Shown in pieces: positions 47,719 through 55,498 of a DNA stretch of 64,000 bases. Within the stretch, counting starts at the first letter, position 1, and every line of letters starts with the position of its first letter. Under the pieces are notes generated by a model, which was given only the letters and a program-made list of their open reading frames with translations, was not told the DNA's origin and searched no databases. Both the position numbers and the translations under genes were made by a program. The DNA is from a virus (lineage: Duplodnaviria; Caudoviricetes), in the IMG/VR virus record IMGVR_UViG_3300012973_001074, positions 1 through 64,000 of that record. One strand, written 5' to 3'.

Positions 47719-49841
47719 TTACCTCCGTTCATCTGCTGCTGGCCGGTTTGCCAGAGCGACGCCGCCTTCTGGTCGCGATTGCGGCGCGCTCGGCTGACCG
47801 GATCGTTGTCGTTGGGGGTGTCGAACGAGTCGAGGTTGTGCACCTCGCGGACGACTGCGCGACGAACGCCGTTGATGCCGTTCGCGTCGCGGACCTGCTC
47901 GATCATCGCGTCGTAGCGGCTGCGGACGTAATCGTCCGACTTGCCCTTGTCGTCGAAGTCGGGGTTCTTCTTCCGGATCGCGTAGAGCATGACCTCGCGA
48001 TCGCTCTTCGAGTCGAGCTTCTCGAAGGGGTTCTTCTTCTTCGTGACGGTCTTCTTCTTCTTCTTGCCGTCTTCGTCGACCTCTTCCTCCTCGACGACCT
48101 CCTCCTCCTCGTCTTCGTCGGCGGAGCCGAACCAGCGGGCGACCTCGGTGAGGAGGCGGACGCGCGAGCGGACCTCGGACTGCGTGCGCTTCTTGAGCTC
48201 GTCGGCGTCCTTGTCCTTCGCCTTCTGGGCGTCGGCCTTGAACTCGTCGAGCGACTGCTTCGCCGCATCGCGAGCGCCCTCGGCCTCGTCGGCGCGCTTC
48301 TTCTCGGCGCTGAGATCTGCAGAGAGCTTGTCGATCTTCGCCTTCGCGTCGTTGCGGACCTGATCGACCTCGCGCCGGTGCATGTCGTCGAGCTTGTCGA
48401 GATGCGCCTGCGAACCGACCTCGTACTCCCTGCCGTCGATGCGGATGACCTTCATCGTTTGCTCCTGTTCTTCGTCGTGGGACACGCCCCAAGGGGGCCC
48501 CTGGTTATCGAGGCGCAGTCCCACTTCGGGTCCGGCCCGACCTCGGTTCGGCGGACAGAGCGCCGCGTGGTTGTAACGGATGTCTCTCTGGATGCAGTCG
48601 AAGCGCTCACCCTCGTAGGTGCCGCTCGTCATCTCGAGGCGGCAGCGGTAGCCGCAGGAGATCTCGGAGCGATCGCCGGTCTCGATCGCGTCGAGCGTTT
48701 CGGCGTCCTGCACGATGAGGTCGCTCGCGATGAACTTGCCGTCCTGGCGGACGCGCGCGACGTGCCCGAGAGAGACCCTGCGCCACGTCTCCGGTGTGAC
48801 CAGGCCCGTGTGGTCTTTGATGTCGATGACGGGCGCGTGCTCGAGCGTCGCGAGCGAGTCGGCCTTGAAGACCTCTTCGGGGAGCCGGAGTTCGCGACGC
48901 TGTGTGCCGTCAGGGTTCACGTACGTGAGCACGCCGGTGCGCGTGAGGCGCGCCGGGACGCGTGCGCCGCCGACCTGCGTGCGATCGACCTTGCCGAGAC
49001 GTGAGCGATCGAGGCGGAGGACGAGCTCGCCGGAGTCGAAGCGACGCTGCTCGTCGGCGTCAGAGGTCCACCGGCCGTCTTCCTCACGGGGGACGTTCAG
49101 GTGGCCTTCGCCGCTTCCGCCAGAGCCGCCGGCGCCATTGCTCCTGGCCGCGGCGGTGTTTTCGTCGGCATCGGCACGCTGCTCGAGGGCAAGCCGCCGC
49201 TTGCGAGTCTGGTGCATTGCGAGCTCCCTTGCTGCTTCCGAGACGCGCCTGCGCATCTCCTCGTCCGTGGGCGACGCCGCTTCGTCAGCGGCGTCGAGGT
49301 CGTCCTCGTCGTCCTCGTCGTCCTCGTCGGGCTGCGCTTCTGGGTTCAGGAACGGCGTGCCCGCGTTCTCATCGAGCCCGATCGGAACGAAGGAGACCTC
49401 GACGAGGCGAGCAGCGGGCGAGGCTGCGCGCGTCGTCGCGGCGGGGTTGTCGACCTCGGCCTCGTCGTCCTCGGGCTCGTCCTCGTCCTCGGCGCTGTCG
49501 GCCGAGCCTTCTGGTCCGCCGTCGTAGCCGATCGATACGGAGCGGATGACGCCGTCCTTCACGCCCTGCCAGACCTGCTCGGCGAGCGGGTTGACGGCCT
49601 CGCGCGCGAACGTGACACGCATGCGCAGGCCTTCGGCGGAGGCCTCCACGTCGTTCGCGAGACCGATCGGGAGCTCGGCGGCGTCGTGTGCCCAGAGGAT
49701 GACTGGGTTCTTGAGGAAGCGCTCGAGCTCCCATTCGGTGATCTGCACGCCGTCGACGGGCTCGGGCGACGACGCGATGATCCATACCGAGCGCGTGTAC
49801 TCGTCGACCTTCGCGACGCGCGCGAGGAGGTTCTTGGGCAT
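47715..49841 (-). CDS. Prohead protease/scaffold with HK97-like protease domain, DUF2213 domain and coiled-coil scaffold
   Basis: KNPVILWAHD...PIG...RSVSIGY...LVEVSFVPI; then TRTGVLTY...RLPEEVF...EISCGY...QRDIRYNHAA....GRAG. Confidence 0.85.
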   Translation of the reverse strand: MPKNLLARVAKVDEYTRSVWIIASSPEPVDGVQITEWELERFLKNPVILWAHDAAELPIGLANDVEASAEGLRMRVTFAREAVNPLAEQVWQGVKDGVIRSVSIGYDGGPEGSADSAEDEDEPEDDEAEVDNPAATTRAASPAARLVEVSFVPIGLDENAGTPFLNPEAQPDEDDEDDEDDLDAADEAASPTDEEMRRRVSEAARELAMHQTRKRRLALEQRADADENTAAARSNGAGGSGGSGEGHLNVPREEDGRWTSDADEQRRFDSGELVLRLDRSRLGKVDRTQVGGARVPARLTRTGVLTYVNPDGTQRRELRLPEEVFKADSLATLEHAPVIDIKDHTGLVTPETWRRVSLGHVARVRQDGKFIASDLIVQDAETLDAIETGDRSEISCGYRCRLEMTSGTYEGERFDCIQRDIRYNHAALCPPNRGRAGPEVGLRLDNQGPPWGVSHDEEQEQTMKVIRIDGREYEVGSQAHLDKLDDMHRREVDQVRNDAKAKIDKLSADLSAEKKRADEAEGARDAAKQSLDEFKADAQKAKDKDADELKKRTQSEVRSRVRLLTEVARWFGSADEDEEEEVVEEEEVDEDGKKKKKTVTKKKNPFEKLDSKSDREVMLYAIRKKNPDFDDKGKSDDYVRSRYDAMIEQVRDANGINGVRRAVVREVHNLDSFDTPNDNDPVSRARRNRDQKAASLWQTGQQQMNGGK

Positions 49842-49855
49842 GCCTGACCTCGGAG

Positions 49856-51133
49856 TTAGGTGGCGGGCGGAACAAGCGGGCCGTTGGCGTAGAGGCGCAG
49901 GCTCGCGGTGACGGAGGACGCCGTCGCAGCAAGGAAGCCGCCGCCACCTGCGAAGACGTTCGCGGCCGCGCCGAGCCGGTGGCCGCCGTAGCGCCACGTT
50001 GCTCCCGCGTCGGGCGAAAAGACGATGTCTCCGAAGGCGCCCGCGGCTGCGCAGTAGAGCGCTCCGACCGTTCCGAGCGATCCGATCTCCACGCCGACTG
50101 CCCCGACTTCGGCGAAGCTCTCCCCCTGAGTGCTCGAACGGAGGACGCGAGAGACGCCGTTGCGCGACCACGCGCAGACGAACATGTCGAGCAGCTCGTC
50201 GTAGCGGAGCGAGAGCCCAGGCGGCGAGCCGCCTCCAATGAGGTGCTCGCCGCGCGGGGTCCAGGTCATCCCACCATCGTCGGAGGTCGCCCACCGGAGT
50301 GCGCCGGCGTTCGTGTTGGCGTGGAGCCAGACGAGGCGCCCCGATGCCGGATTGAGAGCGAGGAGGTTATCGGTGGAAGGCCCGCCGAACTCGGCTGGCG
50401 TAGTACGGGCGGTCCAGGCCGCAGCGTCAGGGCTCGTGAAGACCTTGGGCCCCGTCCCGCTGCCGTGAACCACGACCCATAGTGCGTGCACCGAGTCGTA
50501 ACGGACGGAGGGGCGATCCGCCACCACGCCCCCCGGCAGGACGGGTGCCGACCAGAGGTTGGTTGGGCTCCGCACATCGAGCGTGGCGGAGCCGTTGTTG
50601 GCGATAGCCACGAGCCCCGTCGGGGTGACGTCGATGTCGTGGCTGACGCGACCGCCAGCCGGAAGCGCGAGATCGGTCCACGCGCGCCCGAACGTTGCCG
50701 ACGAGCGTCCGGTGTTTGTCGCGCCGACGCCGAACCATGTGGAGAGCTCGGGCACGTACCGCAGGCGCCGATTGATCCCGTTGACCGTCACGGGCGCTCC
50801 GAAGTTGAGCGCTGGGAGGCTCCCCCAGGTGTGCATCCACTCCGCGCGCCGTGCGGCGAGCAAGGTCGTCATCTCGACCCTGTAGGCCGCGAGCTCGTCT
50901 TCGTCGTGGTTCTGGTCCTCGATGAGCGCGGAGAGGAGCGCGGCGAACTGACGGTCGAGCCAGTTGCGGTACTGGCCTCCGAACTGCCGCCCGGGACGCA
51001 TGCCTTGGCGAAGCTCGGCGAGCGACGGCTGGATCTTGACCGGGCTGTCGTCGACGTCGTCGCCGGCGGCCGCGAAGTTTATGTCCGTCGCGATCTCGAG
51101 CGCCTGCGACGAGTAGATTGGCTTGTCGCTCAT
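49856..51133 (-). CDS. Fibre-like protein with BNR/Asp-box beta-propeller, located in the head module
   Basis: N-terminal GMRPG...QYRNWL; repeated S.D.G.TW motifs. Confidence 0.65.
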   Translation of the reverse strand: MSDKPIYSSQALEIATDINFAAAGDDVDDSPVKIQPSLAELRQGMRPGRQFGGQYRNWLDRQFAALLSALIEDQNHDEDELAAYRVEMTTLLAARRAEWMHTWGSLPALNFGAPVTVNGINRRLRYVPELSTWFGVGATNTGRSSATFGRAWTDLALPAGGRVSHDIDVTPTGLVAIANNGSATLDVRSPTNLWSAPVLPGGVVADRPSVRYDSVHALWVVVHGSGTGPKVFTSPDAAAWTARTTPAEFGGPSTDNLLALNPASGRLVWLHANTNAGALRWATSDDGGMTWTPRGEHLIGGGSPPGLSLRYDELLDMFVCAWSRNGVSRVLRSSTQGESFAEVGAVGVEIGSLGTVGALYCAAAGAFGDIVFSPDAGATWRYGGHRLGAAANVFAGGGGFLAATASSVTASLRLYANGPLVPPAT

Positions 51134-51144
51134 TCGTTCGCGCC

Positions 51145-51529
51145 TCAGAAGGGCGTGATCGAGACGCCGCGTGTGGCGACCTCGTCACGGATGTTCGACC
51201 AGATCGTGTGGCAGCCTCGCGCCATCGCGAGCTGACCTGGTGAGAGCGGGACCTTCGGAATCGGGCCCCAGTACAGGACCTCGCAGGGCGCGCCTGTCGC
51301 GTGGCTCGCGAGCCACTTGCGGAGCGCGCGGACGACGGCGGGCGACGCCTTCGATGATCCAGGGCCCAGGTTCTTCGAGCCAGGTGGCGACCTCGGACGA
51401 GGCCGCCGACCATGCGTATGCGCCGATGAGATCGTCCGTGTGGCGCACGCCGAGGTTGAGGCCTTTGCCGAGCTCCTCGGCGAAGGACGTCTTGCCCGTG
51501 CGCGGGCCGCCGGCGACGAGGATGCGCAT
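51145..51529 (-). pseudogene. P-loop nucleotide kinase-like gene split by a frameshift
   Basis: GGPRTGKT...HTDD...WIIEGVA in one frame continues as VVRALRKWL... in another; tandem 4-bp duplication at 51337-51344. Confidence 0.7.
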
Positions 51530-51614
51530 GGTTTCGTGCGGATGCGAGCGCGTCCGCGGAGTCGTCGGGCCCCGGTGTTGTCAGTTGGCAATTCGGTCGG
51601 CTAGCGTGGATCGA

Positions 51615-52238
51615 ATGAGAATTGTCACTCTCGTCGGATTCGTCGCTCTGGTCGGTGCGTGCTCCAGGGGGAACGCCATTGGTCCCGATGACCGGCACCC
51701 GGACGGGCAGCAGAACCAGGACCCTTCGAAGGACGATCCCTCCGACCCTTCGAAGCCGACCCCGTCAGACCCTTCGAAAGCCGGGACGAGCGGTTCGCGG
51801 TTGAAGGCGCGCTACTACGAGGGCGAGGACGGCTCGAAGCAGTTCATCGGCTGGTGGGACTCGCAGCGGCAGGAAGACTGTGTGATGGTGCCAGCCAAGG
51901 ATGGGAAGCTGCGCTGCCTACCGGCGGCAAATGTCGCCATCACTGGCTACGCAGACGCGAACTGCAGCGTGCCTGTCGTGACGGTCCGCAAGGGCTGCGC
52001 TGCGCCGTCGGCGGCAATCGTTATGGAAACGTCAGGGAACGTATCCTGCAGCCTGGGATACGCGTACGCCGCGTACGGTGTAGACCCTGCGAAGTTCACC
52101 GGGACGTTGTACGGAGGCTCGCCTTCGACCTGTAAGGTCACAACGGGCGAACCGTACGCCGAAACCATGGATTTTCACCGACTCAGCTCGGAAATTCCTC
52201 CGACCTCGTTCGTAGCGGTGAACCAGACGCACGACTAG
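51615..52238 (+). CDS. Myxobacterial-type Cys-rich lipoprotein (moron)
   Basis: Lipobox LVGAC, DPSK repeats, SGSRLKARY...WDSQR.EDC...DGKLRCLP...YADANCS. Confidence 0.75.
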   Translation: MRIVTLVGFVALVGACSRGNAIGPDDRHPDGQQNQDPSKDDPSDPSKPTPSDPSKAGTSGSRLKARYYEGEDGSKQFIGWWDSQRQEDCVMVPAKDGKLRCLPAANVAITGYADANCSVPVVTVRKGCAAPSAAIVMETSGNVSCSLGYAYAAYGVDPAKFTGTLYGGSPSTCKVTTGEPYAETMDFHRLSSEIPPTSFVAVNQTHD

Positions 52239-53137
52239 TTGAGGCCGACTTCTTCGAGCTCGGGGAGGACGGGGTAGGCGATGCATCGGCAGTTGATGGG
52301 CTCGCCCGGGTGGCCCTCTTCGGGGTGACCGTCGGCCCACGTGAAGCGCGCGCCTTCGAGGTCCTTGTGCTCGGGCCGCACGCGCTCGTCGTTGCTCGTC
52401 GTCCAGATGTACTCATCGATGCCCGCAGCGGTTTGGCGCTCGCGGGTGATGTTCGCGTTGAGCGTGAGGATCTGGTCCCGCGCGAGCGCCTCGGCGCGCG
52501 ACAGCGTGACATCGTCGAGCTGGCGCGCGATCTCCTTGGCGAGCGTCTGCGCCGTGTGGCCTCGGCCCTCGCGAAGGATCCTCTCGATCTTCGCGAGCTG
52601 GTCCTTCTGCATGCCCGTGATGCGGGCGACGTTGTCCTTCCGCCAGCCGTCGATGAGCCACTTGAGGTGGGGCTCCTTCTCGACGTTGATCCCGAGGCGG
52701 GAGAACTCGCGCTGCGAGTGCTGCACGACGCGCTTGGCTGCGCGGTTCGATGTTCGTGAGAAGCCGGGTTCGTTGAAGGCATCGAAGCCTGCGAACTCCA
52801 GGTCCTCGAGAAGCTCGTCGAGCTCCGAGTCCTCGAGCAGCTCCAGGTCGAGATCCTCGAGCTCGTCACCCGGTGCATCGAGCCGCTCGGCAGCGTCGGT
52901 CTTCGTGACGCGGCGCTCAGCGGCGGCGGCGAGTTTTGGAAAGACGACCTTCCCGACGGCTCGTGCGAAGGCGGCCGCGATGCGGCGAAGCTCCAGCACC
53001 ATCATCAGCTCGGCCCCGCGCGGCAGTTGAGGTGAGCGGGTGCGGCGGACGGCGTTGCTGGGAGGGCGTTGGGTCCTCTTCGGGAGCCTCGGTCGGCGAG
53101 GCCTTCGCGGCGGATGGCGCAGTGCTGCGCGAGCCAT
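52235..53137 (-). CDS. Minor head protein MuF/SPP1 gp7, short form
   Basis: RAEALARDQ...YIWTTSNDERVRPEH...HPGEPINCRC. Confidence 0.92.
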   Translation of the reverse strand: MARAALRHPPRRPRRPRLPKRTQRPPSNAVRRTRSPQLPRGAELMMVLELRRIAAAFARAVGKVVFPKLAAAAERRVTKTDAAERLDAPGDELEDLDLELLEDSELDELLEDLEFAGFDAFNEPGFSRTSNRAAKRVVQHSQREFSRLGINVEKEPHLKWLIDGWRKDNVARITGMQKDQLAKIERILREGRGHTAQTLAKEIARQLDDVTLSRAEALARDQILTLNANITRERQTAAGIDEYIWTTSNDERVRPEHKDLEGARFTWADGHPEEGHPGEPINCRCIAYPVLPELEEVGLN

Positions 53138-53638
53138 TCATGCCTGCGTCGGCTCGTCGTCGTTGTTCGCTGCAGGCTCGTCGGTGTTTGCTGCAGGTTC
53201 GTCGCCTGGCGGCGCGGGGAGCGCTTCCGGCGGCGGCGGCAGAGGAGGGATCGGCGGCGGCTCGGGCTCTTCGGGCTCGCTCGGCTGTTCGGGCTGTTCG
53301 GGCTCAGGGTCGGGATGCTGGGCAAGCATCTCGTCGTCCACGCCTTCGAGCATGATCAGCGCGAGATTGTCGACCGGGTCATACGTCAGCGTGACCATGC
53401 CCGACGGTGGCTCGATCCCGCGCGCGCGCAGCACATCGACCAAGCGGGCAGCGTCGGCGAACGCGGCGGGCGAAACGAGCGTGTTCAAGAGCACGAACGG
53501 CTCGGTCGATTCGTCGCCTTCGGCGCTGCCCGTCGTGTCGAACGCGTTGCGACGCAGCCATCGCACGGTCTCACGAATGCCGGGATCGAGCGCGTCATAG
53601 TCGATCGGCGGCAATCCGCCGGGGCTTGCAGGCATCAT
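53138..53638 (-). CDS. hypothetical protein with acidic Pro-rich tail
   Basis: GGGAG RBS; LDPGIRETVRWL...FDTTGS.EG motif. Confidence 0.6.
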   Translation of the reverse strand: MMPASPGGLPPIDYDALDPGIRETVRWLRRNAFDTTGSAEGDESTEPFVLLNTLVSPAAFADAARLVDVLRARGIEPPSGMVTLTYDPVDNLALIMLEGVDDEMLAQHPDPEPEQPEQPSEPEEPEPPPIPPLPPPPEALPAPPGDEPAANTDEPAANNDDEPTQA

Positions 53639-53674
53639 GGATCGTGCTCCCTTCGAGGTCGGCGCTGACTCCCA

Positions 53675-53696
53675 ATTGAACGTCGATTGAATGTCG
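53675..53696. promoter_or_regulatory. Tandem 11-bp repeat in a divergent promoter region
   Basis: ATTGAACGTCG ATTGAATGTCG in an AT-rich gap between divergent genes. Confidence 0.5.
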
Positions 53697-53765
53697 AAAA
53701 ACGAAAGAAAGTTCGATGGTTGACTGTGTCTGGCCTCGTCGGCCATCATCTGCGTCACGACGAAG

Positions 53766-54299
53766 ATGACGAGCAAGACGAAGACGAAGACGAGGCCGAA
53801 GACGAAGACGAAGGCGAAGGCGAAGGCGAAGGACCCGTTCGACGACTTCCCGGCGCGCCTCAAGGCGGCGCGAGAGCGGTGCGGGTATGGAGTGAACGAG
53901 CTAGACCGGCTCGTGGGCGTCTCCGTCGGGCAGACCTCGCGGCTCGAGCTCGGTGCGCGGCCGCGCGTGAGCATAGAGACCGTCGCGAAGTTCGCGCGCG
54001 TTCTCGATGTCACCATCGACTGGCTGTGGAACGGACCGGTCCCTTCGGGAGGAGTGAAGGTCCTGCAGCGGGGGGCTCGGAGGGAGCCGCGTTACGTGCC
54101 CTCGACCCTGCGGCGAGCCATCGGGAGGCCTCTTGAGGAAGTCGCCGAGAAGGCGGGTATCGGACTGACCAATGTGGCGCGCGTCGAGGCCGGGGAGAAC
54201 GCGACCCTCGCGGACCTCGCGGGCTTCGCCAAGGGTATCGACATGAAGCTTGAAGTCGCCTTCGTCGCAGGCGAGCGGCGCTACCGCATCGACGTGTGA
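53766..54299 (+). CDS. Double-HTH XRE-family regulator
   Basis: Two HTH_3-like units (RLKAARERCG...SRLELG; LEEVAEKAGIG...ARVEAG); N-terminal (KT/KA)n repeat. Confidence 0.8.
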   Translation: MTSKTKTKTRPKTKTKAKAKAKDPFDDFPARLKAARERCGYGVNELDRLVGVSVGQTSRLELGARPRVSIETVAKFARVLDVTIDWLWNGPVPSGGVKVLQRGARREPRYVPSTLRRAIGRPLEEVAEKAGIGLTNVARVEAGENATLADLAGFAKGIDMKLEVAFVAGERRYRIDV

Positions 54300-54516
54300 G
54301 CCGGCTCTTGCGCGACCGCGATGGCGTTCGTAGGTTGCGACGCCTCGGAGCCCACACGCAAACTGTCCTCGGTAGGCGAGGGCTGCTTTAGGGAAGCAGA
54401 TGCGCCGGTGCGACTCCGGCCTCGCGCTCCGAGCACTCGGTCCCGCTGGCAGACGCTGGCGGGGCCGTCGCGTGTCGGGGTTGAGTCCGCCTGGAATTCG
54501 CGATGGACTTGCGGCA

Positions 54517-55167
54517 ATGGAGTCCGCCGTCATCACTGCTCTCGCTGCGATCGGCGGCGTGGTCCTTGGTGCATACCTGACACGGAAGAACGCCTTGGCC
54601 GTCGCCGAACTGTCGGCGAAGACGGCACGGGAGCAGGAGCTTGAGCGCGAACGGAGAGCGCTCGCCCGCGACCGGCTGGAGCGGCAGTTCGAAGCAAGGC
54701 TCGCCGTGCAGCGATTCGTTCTGAACAACTTGAACGGCCCTGGTTGGTCGGACCCGGGCGTCCGAGAGGAGGCAGCTCAGATTGCGGGACGGGTAGCATC
54801 CGCCTTCACTGCGCCACGCTTCGCAGCGTTCCTCTACGAGGTGCTCTTCTACGAAGTCGCGCTCCCGATCCGTCCTGGAATGTTCCAGAAGGCGCCACGA
54901 ACGATGACGGAGAGCCAGCTCTTGGCGCTCTGGAACCGAAGCGACAAGGAGATGTTGCGCGTCATCGAAGAGACGGTGCGCGTGTCCGGCTATGGCGAGC
55001 TGGAGATCCCGAAGGTTCCTTCGAAAGATGAGGCAGTCAAGGAAGCGCCGCGGACGCGAATCGCGTCCCTGTCCGCGGCGTCCGCGAGCGAGCCAACTGC
55101 AGCAGACCCGGAGGCTTCGGAGGAGGCGGCAGCGCTATCGGACTCGCGGCGCGCTCGGGGCGGCTGA
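54517..55167 (+). CDS. Membrane-anchored hypothetical protein
   Basis: N-terminal TM (AVITALAAIGGVVLGAYL) plus coiled coil. Confidence 0.7.
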   Translation: MESAVITALAAIGGVVLGAYLTRKNALAVAELSAKTAREQELERERRALARDRLERQFEARLAVQRFVLNNLNGPGWSDPGVREEAAQIAGRVASAFTAPRFAAFLYEVLFYEVALPIRPGMFQKAPRTMTESQLLALWNRSDKEMLRVIEETVRVSGYGELEIPKVPSKDEAVKEAPRTRIASLSAASASEPTAADPEASEEAAALSDSRRARGG

Positions 55168-55306
55168 GCCGGGCTGTCATGCTGGCGCTTCGCTTTCGGA
55201 CGCGGTGTCTGAAACCGAAAGCGGCCCAGAAAGCCCGTCATTTCGCCGTGTAGCGCGACCGGTCGCCGCGCGGTACACTTCTAGTGGACCCGGAAGGAGG
55301 GTCTGG

Positions 55307-55498
55307 ATGAATGCGAAGTCCCCGAAGACGGTAGAGGCACCGAAGCCAGGCAAGTCGAGCCTGGACATGTTCAACGAGGCCTACGCGAAAGCGATGGCCG
55401 AGGAAGCCGAGGAGACCGAGAACCTCCCGAAGGCCTTCACGCCGGAGGAGAGCCTGGTCGAGGTCGTGGACGACGACGACAAGCACTTCGGCGTCTAG
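55307..55498 (+). CDS. Small acidic protein convergent with the zeta-kinase gene
   Basis: AGGAGG RBS; 63 aa; stop overlaps the stop of 55495..57447. Confidence 0.65.
   Translation: MNAKSPKTVEAPKPGKSSLDMFNEAYAKAMAEEAEETENLPKAFTPEESLVEVVDDDDKHFGV

Noticed and set aside
52235-53137. MuF-toxin fusion
   Set aside because: The ORF ends shortly after NCRC, with no C-terminal toxin.
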